Positions 1 to 8,213 of a stretch of 32,000 nt of DNA are shown in pieces. This DNA is from Caedimonas varicaedens (GTDB taxonomy: Bacteria > Pseudomonadota > Alphaproteobacteria > Caedimonadales > Caedimonadaceae). Position 1 is the first letter of the stretch. Every line of letters begins with the position of its first letter. The position numbers and the translations under genes were made by a program. The notes beneath the pieces were generated by a model. That model did not search any database. It saw only the letters and a list, made by a program, of their open reading frames with translations, and was not told the origin of the DNA. The stretch lies in NCBI GenBank assembly GCA_001192655.1, contig BBVC01000023.1, positions 1 through 32,000 of the forward strand, read 5' to 3'.

Positions 1-9
1 TTTTAGCTA
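1..9 (-). mobile_element. Outermost 9 bp of an IS630-family copy that continues left of the window
   Basis: ttttagcta followed by ta (10-11) is identical to the terminal ...tttttagcta + TA seen at 8016-8026, 19676-19686 and 27491-27501. Confidence 0.5.
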
Positions 10-214
10 TAAAAGCGGACTGCTGGAATGTGTGGAACTGGAAGCAGGACAGGACTTGCAAAAAGACCCCACCGCCTTTGAGAGCGTTGCCCTTCTCATG
101 GGGGCGCTTCTGTCTCTCAAGGAAATGTTTCATGACGAAGACGCCCAGACTCAAAAGATGCTCTGGGCGGTGAGAGGAAAGCAAGCCCTGGCTAAAAGAG
201 ATCCCTTGGGGTAA
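10..214 (+). pseudogene. 3-prime fragment of an unknown ORF truncated by the IS630 copy at the window edge
   Basis: The frame of ORF 32..214 stays open back to the IS/TA junction (...KSGLLECVELEAGQDL...). There is no start codon or RBS of its own. Confidence 0.35.
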
Positions 215-237
215 ATTGACGTTGAAGGGCAGAAGGG

Positions 238-516
238 ATGATGACTGATTTTTTAGATGCGGATATGTTGGGAGCCGTGGCGGGGTTTGTGTCTACGCTT
301 TCGTTTTTACCCCAGGTATTGAAAGTGTGGCGCACACGGTCTACGCGGGGCATTTCAACGGGGATGTATGCCCTTTATTGTTTTTCTCTTCTTTTGTGGG
401 GGTCTTACGCCTGGCTGATTGAGTCCTGGCCGTTGTTGGTGACCGAAATAGCCACAGGACTCATGACAGGATATATTCTGGTCATGTCGATCAAGGGCTT
501 TGATGATGATGACTGA
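238..516 (+). CDS. SemiSWEET / PQ-loop family small sugar transporter
   Basis: 92 aa with three predicted TM helices. It has the LSFLPQVLKVWRTRSTRGIS PQ-loop motif typical of bacterial SemiSWEETs, and a GAAGGG-type RBS lies upstream. Confidence 0.8.
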   Translation: MMTDFLDADMLGAVAGFVSTLSFLPQVLKVWRTRSTRGISTGMYALYCFSLLLWGSYAWLIESWPLLVTEIATGLMTGYILVMSIKGFDDDD

Positions 517-594
517 GAGGGGATATCCTTTTCACAGGGCTGTCATCCCTCTCAAAAGGCAAAGAGCATCCCCCCCTTTGTGCTTCTCTGCACC

Positions 595-1665
595 CTAGGG
601 GGTGCAGAGAGCTTGCAGGCTTTGCAACAAGGTTTCTTTCACACGGTCGAGTTCTTGTTGTTGACGTTCTGTGCAGGCAATATCCCGGGCGAGTCTGGCA
701 AGGTGCTGGTTTTTTAAATCCTGCATTCTCTGTCCCAAAAGAGCCAGGGGGTCGCCCCTTCTCTTGCAGGTGAGTCCTGTACGGTCATAAAGAGGGACGA
801 TCTCCAATTGTCCCAAAATATGATGCGGATGGGTATGATAATAGACGTTCAAGGGTTTGGATTCTGTCCCGATAGTCACTTTTTGGGTCTCAACCCAGGG
901 GTGAGACGTTTTGCCTTTGGTGAGAAACACCAGATCAATGGTGACCTTGGCATCTTGAAACAAATCATCGGGCAGACGATAGGCCGCCAGGAGACTCCCG
1001 CCCTCCCGGTCAATGAGCGTGCGCACATGACCTTTGACGTTATCCAGAAAGTAAGACGGGAGAACCATGGCGAGGATTCCCCCTTCTTTCAAAAGTCTCA
1101 TGCTTTTAGCCACAAAGTAATGATGAATGCACACTTCTTGCAAATCGGGATGTTGGACATCGGTCAGAATGTCCCTCCCATAAGGGGGATTACCGATAAC
1201 AAGGTCATACTGCTCTTCAGGATGAAAGGTTTCAAAGCCCTGGGGATATATTTTAACATCAGGATACAGGGTTTTGACCATCTGGCTGGAGACCTGATCG
1301 ATATCCAGGGCGGTGATGGTGCTGTTGCGTCTTATCCTCTGGGGCATGTATTCCATAAAAACCCCGTGACCGACAGAGGGCTCTAAAATGTTCCCCCCTG
1401 TAAATCCTTCCAGTTGAAGCAGGTCATAGATAAACTTGACCAGCTCCGCGGGGGTATAATAGGCGTTCTTCAAGGTTTGTTTGAGGCTCTTGATTTCCCC
1501 ATCGGATAAACTTTTCTTGAGTTCCTTGTAAATATGGGGGGTATAGACAGCTTTGCGTAATCCTCCCCATCCTGTATAATTTTTTAAAAGCTCGGGCGTG
1601 GCCGTCTTGTTTTTGAAAGAAGCCAGAACCTGCAGGTTTTGAGTGGAGCGTTCTAGATTGAACAT
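595..1665 (-). CDS. Stand-alone N6-adenine DNA methyltransferase (gamma-class order of motifs)
   Basis: Motif X NAYYTPAELV, motif I ILEPSVGHGVF and motif IV GNPPYG (nt 1180-1191). The N-terminal YTGWGGL motif is one I recall from methylase modules of phage and conjugative-element proteins. No cognate nuclease is adjacent on this side. Confidence 0.8.
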   Translation of the reverse strand: MFNLERSTQNLQVLASFKNKTATPELLKNYTGWGGLRKAVYTPHIYKELKKSLSDGEIKSLKQTLKNAYYTPAELVKFIYDLLQLEGFTGGNILEPSVGHGVFMEYMPQRIRRNSTITALDIDQVSSQMVKTLYPDVKIYPQGFETFHPEEQYDLVIGNPPYGRDILTDVQHPDLQEVCIHHYFVAKSMRLLKEGGILAMVLPSYFLDNVKGHVRTLIDREGGSLLAAYRLPDDLFQDAKVTIDLVFLTKGKTSHPWVETQKVTIGTESKPLNVYYHTHPHHILGQLEIVPLYDRTGLTCKRRGDPLALLGQRMQDLKNQHLARLARDIACTERQQQELDRVKETLLQSLQALCTP

Positions 1666-1699
1666 GATGTTTTTTCCTTTTTAATGTTTGTCAAAGAGA

Positions 1700-1723
1700 G
1701 GGGAGACGTCTCTGACGTCCCCC
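1700..1723 (-). terminator. GC-rich hairpin between the 232-aa gene and the N6A methyltransferase gene (attenuator or weak terminator)
   Basis: The minus-strand RNA GGGGGACGUC-AGA-GACGUCUCCC forms a 10-bp stem (one G-U) with a 3-nt loop, followed by CUCUCUUUG. The U-tract is poor. Confidence 0.35.
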
Positions 1724-1729
1724 GTGAGG

Positions 1730-2428
1730 TTAGGCGTAAAGGGTGATAAACTCCTGCACCGACCCCTCGAAGAACAAGCGGGCTTGCGTGCCTTGGCTGT
1801 AAGCCCTGAGCATAAAATCTTCCCCGTCGTCTTCATTTTCTGACGGCAGAAGGGTATAGAGGTAATCCGCTTGTTGTGTGGAGGGTGTAAAAGTCACATC
1901 CTGATTCGTTCTGACAAAAGCCGCCCCATAGGTCATGGTGGTGACAAAATAGAGCTTATTCATGACGTTGAATCGAGAAGCGGCGCCGTCAGGATGGTTA
2001 TCTTTGAGAGAGAGGAAATGCACGGGGTTCTCTAACCCTTCAGGATGAAAGGTATACACGGCTGACAGGGGTTTTGAAGACGGAGAGAATTGCACCAGGA
2101 AATCATCCAGGGAGCCTTGATAAAAGAGGGCTTTTCCCCGTGAGGGGCAAAGAGTCTTTACCGTCAGGGTCAGGTCTTTGTTATGTTCTTTCAGGGTATA
2201 GAACCAGCGGATTGTATTGGGCAGGTTTGTTGCCTTGACCTTCTCGGCTGTTTTAATCATCTGGGGGAAACATTCCCCGTATCGTCTAAAGTTCCAGGCG
2301 TGGAAGTCGCGGGTTTTTTGGAGTTTATGGGCGGCTTCCTGAGGCAGATTGAATCGGTCATCATAGAAAAAATCCGTTTGGTTCATAAAATCATCGTGGA
2401 AGGTATAAAGGGCGGGCGTTGTTGACAT
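1730..2428 (-). CDS. Hypothetical protein, two tandem ~108-aa repeats
   Basis: 232-aa ORF with an AGGAG RBS 7 nt upstream. The internal duplication is visible in the translation: LYTFHDD / VYTFHPE, WFYTL / YLYTL, ALFYQGSLDDFL / RLFFEGSVQEFI. Confidence 0.6.
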   Translation of the reverse strand: MSTTPALYTFHDDFMNQTDFFYDDRFNLPQEAAHKLQKTRDFHAWNFRRYGECFPQMIKTAEKVKATNLPNTIRWFYTLKEHNKDLTLTVKTLCPSRGKALFYQGSLDDFLVQFSPSSKPLSAVYTFHPEGLENPVHFLSLKDNHPDGAASRFNVMNKLYFVTTMTYGAAFVRTNQDVTFTPSTQQADYLYTLLPSENEDDGEDFMLRAYSQGTQARLFFEGSVQEFITLYA

Positions 2429-2451
2429 TTTGAGTCTCCTTGAAAGTTAAT
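2422..2451 (+). promoter_or_regulatory. Sigma70-like promoter pointing into the GC-rich intergenic region
   Basis: TTGACA (2422-2427), an 18-nt spacer, then GTTAAT (2446-2451). It overlaps the start codon of the opposite-strand 232-aa gene. Confidence 0.3.
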
Positions 2452-2457
2452 GTTACT

Positions 2458-2648
2458 GACGCAACGGGTGCGCCATATTTCCTGAAGAGTAAAAAGGGGG
2501 AGCGGGGGCAAGGCCAAAAAGGCGGAGGGGGATCACCCGACCTGCAGGGCGCAAGCGCAGCGCCGCGACCGAAGGTTGGGGACACCGCCTTTTTGCCCGC
2601 AGGGTTTAGCCTTGTCCCTTAGCTGGGGTTGGAAACCCCGTCTTTTTT
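2458..2648 (+). ncRNA. Candidate ~190-nt structured RNA of unknown class, antisense to the leader of the 232-aa gene
   Basis: It is bounded by the promoter above and a hairpin plus U-run terminator. It is very GC-rich, with several short GC helices: GGCGG 2521-2525 / CCGCC 2585-2589 enclose GGCGC-7nt-GCGCC and CGACC-GAA-GGUUG. The ORFs here are low-complexity G/P/A strings. Confidence 0.3.
2625..2648 (+). terminator. Rho-independent terminator
   Basis: GGGGTT-GGA-AACCCC stem-loop followed by GTCTTTTTT. Confidence 0.45.
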
Positions 2649-2663
2649 AAGTGCGACGCTGAA

Positions 2664-2691
2664 TTGAAAGATTTTTTAATTGAGTTATAAT
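2664..2691 (+). promoter_or_regulatory. Sigma70 promoter of the Cys/His-rich gene
   Basis: TTGAAA (2664-2669), a 16-nt spacer, then a perfect TATAAT (2686-2691), about 37 nt upstream of the ATG at 2728. Confidence 0.5.
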
Positions 2692-2727
2692 AATGATTTT
2701 TAAGGATACCCTTTAAAGAGACAGACG

Positions 2728-3171
2728 ATGCATAGGAATCATCAAAAGGAAAAACTTTTTAAACCTTGGTGTGGGCTTTGTGGAAGCACAGAAAAGCGGT
2801 TAACGAAGACGGAATGCTGTCAGAATTGGATATGCGATGACGCACATACTTATCAGGTTTTTTCATATGCCAATAATAGCTGTTACAGGAATCATGACTG
2901 CTATACGCTTTGCGCTGCTCACTATCATGAAGGTCATACGGGTCGTTGGCAGGATTGCCAACAATGCAGAGACTCTTTCGACGTTCCTTATTATACGTAT
3001 TGCGGGACAAACAAGTATAACTTTGACGTTTTGAATAACCCTGAAAAGTATACGATCTCTTGCACCCATTGCGATTTTAGGTCACATTCCATCGAGGATT
3101 TTCCCTACCAGACATCAAAAGGATATTATTGCGGAAAAAAGAAATGCCAGCATGCTTTTGCAAGACAGTAA
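2728..3171 (+). CDS. Cys/His-rich putative multi-zinc-binding protein, unknown function
   Basis: 147 aa with 15 Cys and 10 His, including CxxC at C15/C18, C77/C80 and C112/C115 plus C135-x4-C140. No signal peptide. It has its own promoter. Confidence 0.6.
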   Translation: MHRNHQKEKLFKPWCGLCGSTEKRLTKTECCQNWICDDAHTYQVFSYANNSCYRNHDCYTLCAAHYHEGHTGRWQDCQQCRDSFDVPYYTYCGTNKYNFDVLNNPEKYTISCTHCDFRSHSIEDFPYQTSKGYYCGKKKCQHAFARQ

Positions 3172-3394
3172 AGCTTTAAAGCTGCCTTATATCTTATATT
3201 ATTATCTCTTCTTCAAGAGAGGAGGCAGGATCTGTAGATAGGCAGATTTAGCAAGGCATCTTGCCTTTATTTTCAGAGTTTTCGTAGTTAATCCGAACGG
3301 TTGACTTGGGTGAATAAAATGGAATGTGCGAGCTAGGAACTATATTCCTCCACTCTGGGACTATATATCAATTATGAGTGGTCATCAATTAATG

Positions 3395-4495
3395 CTACAT
3401 TTGAGATATGATATTATTCCATTCCTTTTTGTGTTCAAACTTTAGAGCAGTGTCACTCTCGACAAGATTTACATAATTCTCTATAAACTGAGCAGTACCT
3501 GACAAAAGTCGCAAGTAATATTTCAGCGAAAAAATTAGTCCGTTTGCGATAACGTGGCAACCGTGAATGTTTTTGATTTTTTCAATTTCCTTGTTGATTT
3601 CTTCTGCTTGCGACGCATTAATGTTAGATGTTGACAGTAAGTAATAACGATTGACTTGTGTCGTTTTAAATTTCTCAAAAGCATCTTTTATAAGTTGTGC
3701 AGTTATCTGGATTCCGTGCTTAACTTCTACAGCTTCAAAGGCTCTTTCTTTTTCGTCAACGATATCTATGTCACCAATTCTTCCGCTTCGTGTATCAGCT
3801 GATGTGTGGTTTTCCATAGGCAATAATACCTTGCCTTCAAATCTTTTAATTTCGGTTACAAGACATTGATAGGCTGCATATAAAGCCAAAACAGGGAGTC
3901 TTGAAGCTCCTTCTGCCGAATACTTTGTATCGAAATGTCTGGAAAGCAACTCTATAATTGTAGCTATTGACAAATTGAGAGGTTTGGCTAAATCAATTTG
4001 TTGTGCATTTCGTTGAATGATTAAGCCTTGAAAAAGAAAACTCAAGAGCTTATCCAAATCTTTCCCTTTTTGAATAAAACAAATAGTTTCAATGAAAGCA
4101 GTTTTCAAAGATTCAGGACTGATTGCTCCCGGATAATTTAGGTCATAAGGTGCTTTTTGTTCTAAAGAACGGGTAAGCCAACCACTTTCAGACATCGCAG
4201 GAAATTTGACGCTTTTCAAAAATGGCGTAACATATCTTGTGTCAAAAGTTCTACCAGAATATCCGTTTGAAATACTTGTTTGATGTTTTCTTATGTCTTG
4301 TTCTGGGTTCAATGTCTTATACACAACACTTGTCAAAACAACTGTAATAACAGCTTTTGCTGATTCAGACCTTCTCAATATTTCGCTTAAATAATTTGCA
4401 GTGCTTTGGTCTAAATCAGATTTAATTCTGTCATCAGAACCAACTATTTGCATTGATATATTATAAATGGTTTCAAGAAATTCTGTTGGTTCCAC
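3395..4495 (-). CDS. Putative type II restriction endonuclease (PD-(D/E)XK), partner of the C5 methyltransferase
   Basis: The GTG start (4493-4495) directly abuts the TAA stop of the upstream methyltransferase gene (4496-4498). The candidate catalytic motif is GDIDIV-x10-EVEVK (nt 3719-3772). Both genes share low GC. Confidence 0.6.
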   Translation of the reverse strand: MEPTEFLETIYNISMQIVGSDDRIKSDLDQSTANYLSEILRRSESAKAVITVVLTSVVYKTLNPEQDIRKHQTSISNGYSGRTFDTRYVTPFLKSVKFPAMSESGWLTRSLEQKAPYDLNYPGAISPESLKTAFIETICFIQKGKDLDKLLSFLFQGLIIQRNAQQIDLAKPLNLSIATIIELLSRHFDTKYSAEGASRLPVLALYAAYQCLVTEIKRFEGKVLLPMENHTSADTRSGRIGDIDIVDEKERAFEAVEVKHGIQITAQLIKDAFEKFKTTQVNRYYLLSTSNINASQAEEINKEIEKIKNIHGCHVIANGLIFSLKYYLRLLSGTAQFIENYVNLVESDTALKFEHKKEWNNIISQM

Positions 4496-5947
4496 TTATT
4501 GACTCGATTCCAAAAGTTGTAGTTTAATCTGTTCTGCAATAGCTTTAATCATTGGGATTGCAACTGAATTTCCAATTTGTTTGTAAAGTTCTGATTTATT
4601 GTTTAATAGCTTAAAATTGCAGGGAAACCCCATAATTCGATAGCATTCCCGTATAGTCAGTTTCCTTACTGCTTCTTCGTGCCAAATCCAAAATCTTCCT
4701 GATGATTCCTGAGAAGGCAATGCAGGATGAACGCCTTCAGCAGAATAAATTCGGTTCGGTTGTTTGTGAACTCTTGACAAGTATTCAGTCCCTGCTCTTA
4801 CTCCCGTCTTGCGAATAGTTTTATTTCTGTAACCTGCAAAAACCAACCCTGAGTCCTGCATTTTCTGCTCTTTCAAAATAGTGAAAGGCTCTTGCAAATA
4901 TTCAAAATCATTTTCCTTATCCAAAAAGTCTTTTAGTACAGATTTCTTCTTTTGCTTGATTTTGGAAAAATCAAATTTCTTTTCTTGATGACCAATAATA
5001 ATGATTCTTTCTCGATTTTGTGGTACACCAAAATCAGAAGCATTCAATATCTTTTTAGAAACGACATAGCCTAATTCTTCTAAATGCTGAATGATAGTTG
5101 CTAATGTTCTTTTCTTATCGTGATAAACTAAGTGTTTGACGTTTTCAAGGAAAACAACGTTGGGTTGATGTTTTGCAATAATTTCGAAAATATGATAGAT
5201 CAAGCTCCCTCTTACGTCCTCAAAGCCTTTCATTTTTCCTGAAATACTGAATGGTTGACATGGAAAGCCTGCACACAGAATATTGTGTTTGGGAATCATA
5301 TCCGTATTTAGTTTAGTAATATCACCGAACGGTACTTCACCAAAATTCAATTCGTAAGCACATTGAGAGTAATAGTTAATCTCAGAGGAAAACACACAAT
5401 TTCCGCCAAGCTCTTGCAATGGGATTCTAAACCCGCCAATTCCCGCAAATAAATCAATAAATGTGAATTCTTTCTTTCTTGGCGGAGAAAAAGGAACATC
5501 CCATTCTATCGGAACAATTTTTTCTAATTCGGTCTCTGAAAAAATGAGCGATTCTTTTTTCATTGCTCGAAAATAATTTTCAGCTCTACTTTTGTATAAT
5601 TCCGAAACGTCATTTTTAGGATTATGAAGATAATGAGTAAAAAACGCTAAATTCTCTATATCAGCACCTAAGCCTTCAATTTTAACTTCTTCTCTAAGAG
5701 TAGAATATTTTATTGACCTTCTTTGCAAGTTAACATTTGCTAATATGTTCGACTTGGATGGCTGATAATCCGATATCTTATCAATCTCCTTTGGGTCTGA
5801 TTCCCCGAAGCTCTGCTTCAAAACGTGCAATCCCGATCTTTTTGGATACATCGTTACTTGTTGCGAGGAGAGATCATCTGTCAAATCTAATTTTTCAAGA
5901 CTCATTCTACACCCCTCGAACTGACCGATTCCTAATGATTGAGCCAT
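4496..5947 (-). CDS. DNA (cytosine-5) methyltransferase with ~160-aa N-terminal extension
   Basis: Canonical C5-MTase motifs are present: I DLFAGIGGF, IV GFPCQPFS, VI ENV, VIII QNRER, X GNSV. The start is uncertain: M1 at 5947 or M15 with a GAGGGG RBS. Confidence 0.9.
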   Translation of the reverse strand: MAQSLGIGQFEGCRMSLEKLDLTDDLSSQQVTMYPKRSGLHVLKQSFGESDPKEIDKISDYQPSKSNILANVNLQRRSIKYSTLREEVKIEGLGADIENLAFFTHYLHNPKNDVSELYKSRAENYFRAMKKESLIFSETELEKIVPIEWDVPFSPPRKKEFTFIDLFAGIGGFRIPLQELGGNCVFSSEINYYSQCAYELNFGEVPFGDITKLNTDMIPKHNILCAGFPCQPFSISGKMKGFEDVRGSLIYHIFEIIAKHQPNVVFLENVKHLVYHDKKRTLATIIQHLEELGYVVSKKILNASDFGVPQNRERIIIIGHQEKKFDFSKIKQKKKSVLKDFLDKENDFEYLQEPFTILKEQKMQDSGLVFAGYRNKTIRKTGVRAGTEYLSRVHKQPNRIYSAEGVHPALPSQESSGRFWIWHEEAVRKLTIRECYRIMGFPCNFKLLNNKSELYKQIGNSVAIPMIKAIAEQIKLQLLESSQ

Positions 5948-6097
5948 TTTGTTGATTTTCCTCGGTTTTTATGCCTAACGGCTTCCAAAAAATTCTTCTT
6001 CACTCAACCATATTTCTTCGATAATGTGAATCCCTTTTTTATCAATTGAAACATCTTTTTGGTGATGTCGTCTCTCAAGAGACACTCACCGCGTGTT

Positions 6098-7119
6098 TTA
6101 AGCTCCAGCTTTTCGCCAGGCATTCATCAGAAAAAGACAACAAAGGGCAAAGAGCGCAATGCAAGCAGACGTGAGAAATCCCATAGAAAGAGAAAAATGA
6201 TGCGCAATATACCCAATGGCGCTGTTGGAGAGAAAAAGCATGATCCCCATCAGAGCATAATAAATACCAAAAGCGCTTCCTCTGATATCTGTATGTGTTC
6301 TCTCGGCAATTCTTGTCATGAATAAACTTTGGGTCATCCCCACTTGAATTCCCCATAGAAAAGCGCCGAACAGAATATAAAGAGACGTAGAAGAAAAAGC
6401 AAAAACAATGCCCGAAAGCGCCGTCACCAAAAACCCAAGGCCAAGAATCCAGGTATGGCCTATCTTGTCAGAAAGGTAACCCATAGGATAAGCAACTGCC
6501 GTGGTTGCCATATTCTGGACGATCATCACCAGAGGCGCGATGATTTGAGTTTGAGCGATGGCTTCAGAATGCAACAATATAAAAGCGCCGCTATAATTGG
6601 AGAGCATGAACAGAGAGGCCATCATCACAACGCTCCAATAAGTTGCAGGCAACTTTTTAAGATGGATCACTTTAAAGACAAGCTTTTCTTGAGGAGTCGA
6701 AGAACTGAAAGGAACTTCTTTTACTTTCCAAATAAGGATCATGAAGGCAATAACGGGAGATATGGCCGCTATTAAAAAGAAAGTAAAGTAGCGATTGTCA
6801 CAGGAATGAAAGAAGGTGATCATGATCAAGGCGCCTGTAAAAGACCCTGCTGTACTGAGAGATTGTCTGAGGCCATAACAGGCGCCCTTAGACCCGTGAA
6901 GGAATGCAATATCTCCAACGAGAGCTTCTCGAGGGGCTGCATGCAGACCATTGCCAAGACGATCAAGACTTTTGGCCAGAAAGAAACCCATAAAGCTCGA
7001 ACTCATCATAAATAAGGGTCTGGAAAGCACGATCAAAGCAGAAGAAAAAAGTAAAATCGGCTTTCTTTTTCTACAATAATCGCTGATCACACCTGAGAAC
7101 ATTCTGATCACCCAAGCTA
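6098..7119 (-). pseudogene. MFS transporter, C-terminal 339 codons (split by IS630)
   Basis: A multi-TM MFS-like sequence. The frame continues exactly from the 8025-8213 fragment once the IS and one TA are removed (...GTVDFI|AWVIRMF...). Confidence 0.8.
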
Positions 7120-8024
7120 TAGCTAACAACATATAAAACGGTCATATTTTATTATCCTGAAATAATTGCTCGATAGAACACCTTTTTTTGCGTCTAATTG
7201 CTTTTGCTTGTGCCCATTTATGCTCGATGGGATTAAAGTCTGGAGAATAAGGAGGCAGATACAGCACGATATGCCCTGCCTCAGCAATTGCTTTTTGCAT
7301 CGCTTTTCCCTTATGAAAGGTGGCATTATCCAAAATAAGGACGCTTTTAGGAGGCAGTTTCGGAAGTAAATCGTCAATGATCCATTGTGTAAACACCTCG
7401 GTATTAATCGAGAAGCAGAACAAGCTCACGGTCAATAGCAGACCTTGGAATAAGGCGCCGATGACATTCGTTCGTCCCTTTGCTCCCCAATCATGAATCC
7501 CCTCACATCTCTTTCCTTTTGGAGAATAACCATGAGTGCGTGGCATATGGTGTGCAAATCCAGATTCATCAAGAGAAATGATAGGATGCCCTGCTTCTTC
7601 ATAAGCTTTCAGCTCTTGACAAAAAGTAGCACGCTTTTCTGGATCGGCCTTGGGATGTTTGAGTCGTTTTTTTTATAGGTCACATTCAAGCGTTTTAAAG
7701 CGTGCCATATCCCCATAGAGCTCACACCAAGACGTTCTGCTCTCTCGTACTGATAAGCATCAGGATAAAGCTGTATATCTTCTTTAAGGGCATCCATATT
7801 AAGCTTAGTGGCTGGTTTATGACGATGTGTCTGAGGCTCAGGCTTCTTGACCCATCTGACAAGACTGGTCACTCCAACACCAAAGAGATCCGCCGTTTCA
7901 GCAAAACTCAAATTTTTCTTCTTTTTTACAGATAAAACACGAAGTCTAAAATCTAATGAATAGGTCATGGAATAATCCTCTTAAAAATTATCCATAATAT
8001 AACCATTTTAAAGGTTTTTAGCTA
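7120..8024 (-). mobile_element. IS630-family element, copy 1 (905 bp)
   Basis: Imperfect terminal inverted repeats TAGCTAAAAACCTTTAAAATGG / TAGCTAACAACATATAAAACGG. TA duplication at 7118-7119 and 8025-8026. It carries one extra T at 7664 relative to the other copies. Confidence 0.9.
7142..7968 (-). pseudogene. IS630-family transposase, copy 1 (orfA HTH + orfB DDE, extra base after the A8 run)
   Basis: orfA ends ...TYKKNDSNIPRP... instead of ...TYKKNAQTSQ..., caused by the 1-nt insertion. orfB is identical to the other copies. Confidence 0.7.
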
Positions 8025-8213
8025 TATAAAATCAACAGTACCTTGTAAAATGCCAATGCTGAACGTTGTGACCCCTAAAACGCTGACAAGATAGGAAGGA
8101 GAAAGGGTAAAAATAATAATGGAAGAAAAATTGATGAGAAAAGAAACAAAGCCGATTATCCAAATATCTCTTGGAAGAGAAGAAGCTGATTCTATTTTAC
8201 GAAGGGGTTCCAT
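8025..8213 (-). pseudogene. MFS transporter, N-terminal 63 codons
   Basis: See 6098-7119. The stop is supplied by the IS terminus. Confidence 0.8.

Noticed and set aside
808-1386. 192-aa plus-strand ORF.
   Set aside because: It lies entirely antisense to the well-supported N6A methyltransferase gene and has no motifs. It is an artefact of the open antisense frame.
2459-2500. Loose similarity between gacgcaacgggtgcgccatatttcctgaagag (2459-2490) and gacgtccaacgaccccatatttcgaaagg (31729-31757), hinting at a shared repeat.
   Set aside because: Only a ~9-nt exact core (ccatatttc) plus scattered matches are shared. This is within chance expectation for 32 kb and has no flanking repeat structure.
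2521-2589. Cloverleaf-like fold (closing helix plus three hairpins) that could be a tRNA or tRNA-like element.
   Set aside because: There is no T-loop (GTTCRANNC), no D-loop consensus and no 7-bp acceptor stem, and the arm lengths and spacings are wrong for a tRNA. tmRNA tag and acceptor features are also absent.
2391-2622. 60-64-aa ORFs in the GC-rich intergenic region (2391..2585 minus, 2440..2622 plus).
   Set aside because: They are low-complexity G/P/A/R translations that need alternative starts and lack an RBS. The region is better explained as structured RNA.
7123-7935. Additional 60-99-aa ORFs inside every IS630 copy: the 84-aa MTIYFRN..., 67-aa MLDRTPFF..., 77-aa MPYPHRAH... and 74-aa MNPLTSLS... 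ORFs, repeated at 18784-19595, 24267-25144, 26599-27410, 29450-30261 and 30324-30917.
   Set aside because: They are alternative-frame or antisense readings of the transposase gene. They have odd composition, no RBS and no recognisable motifs, and they recur only because the IS recurs.
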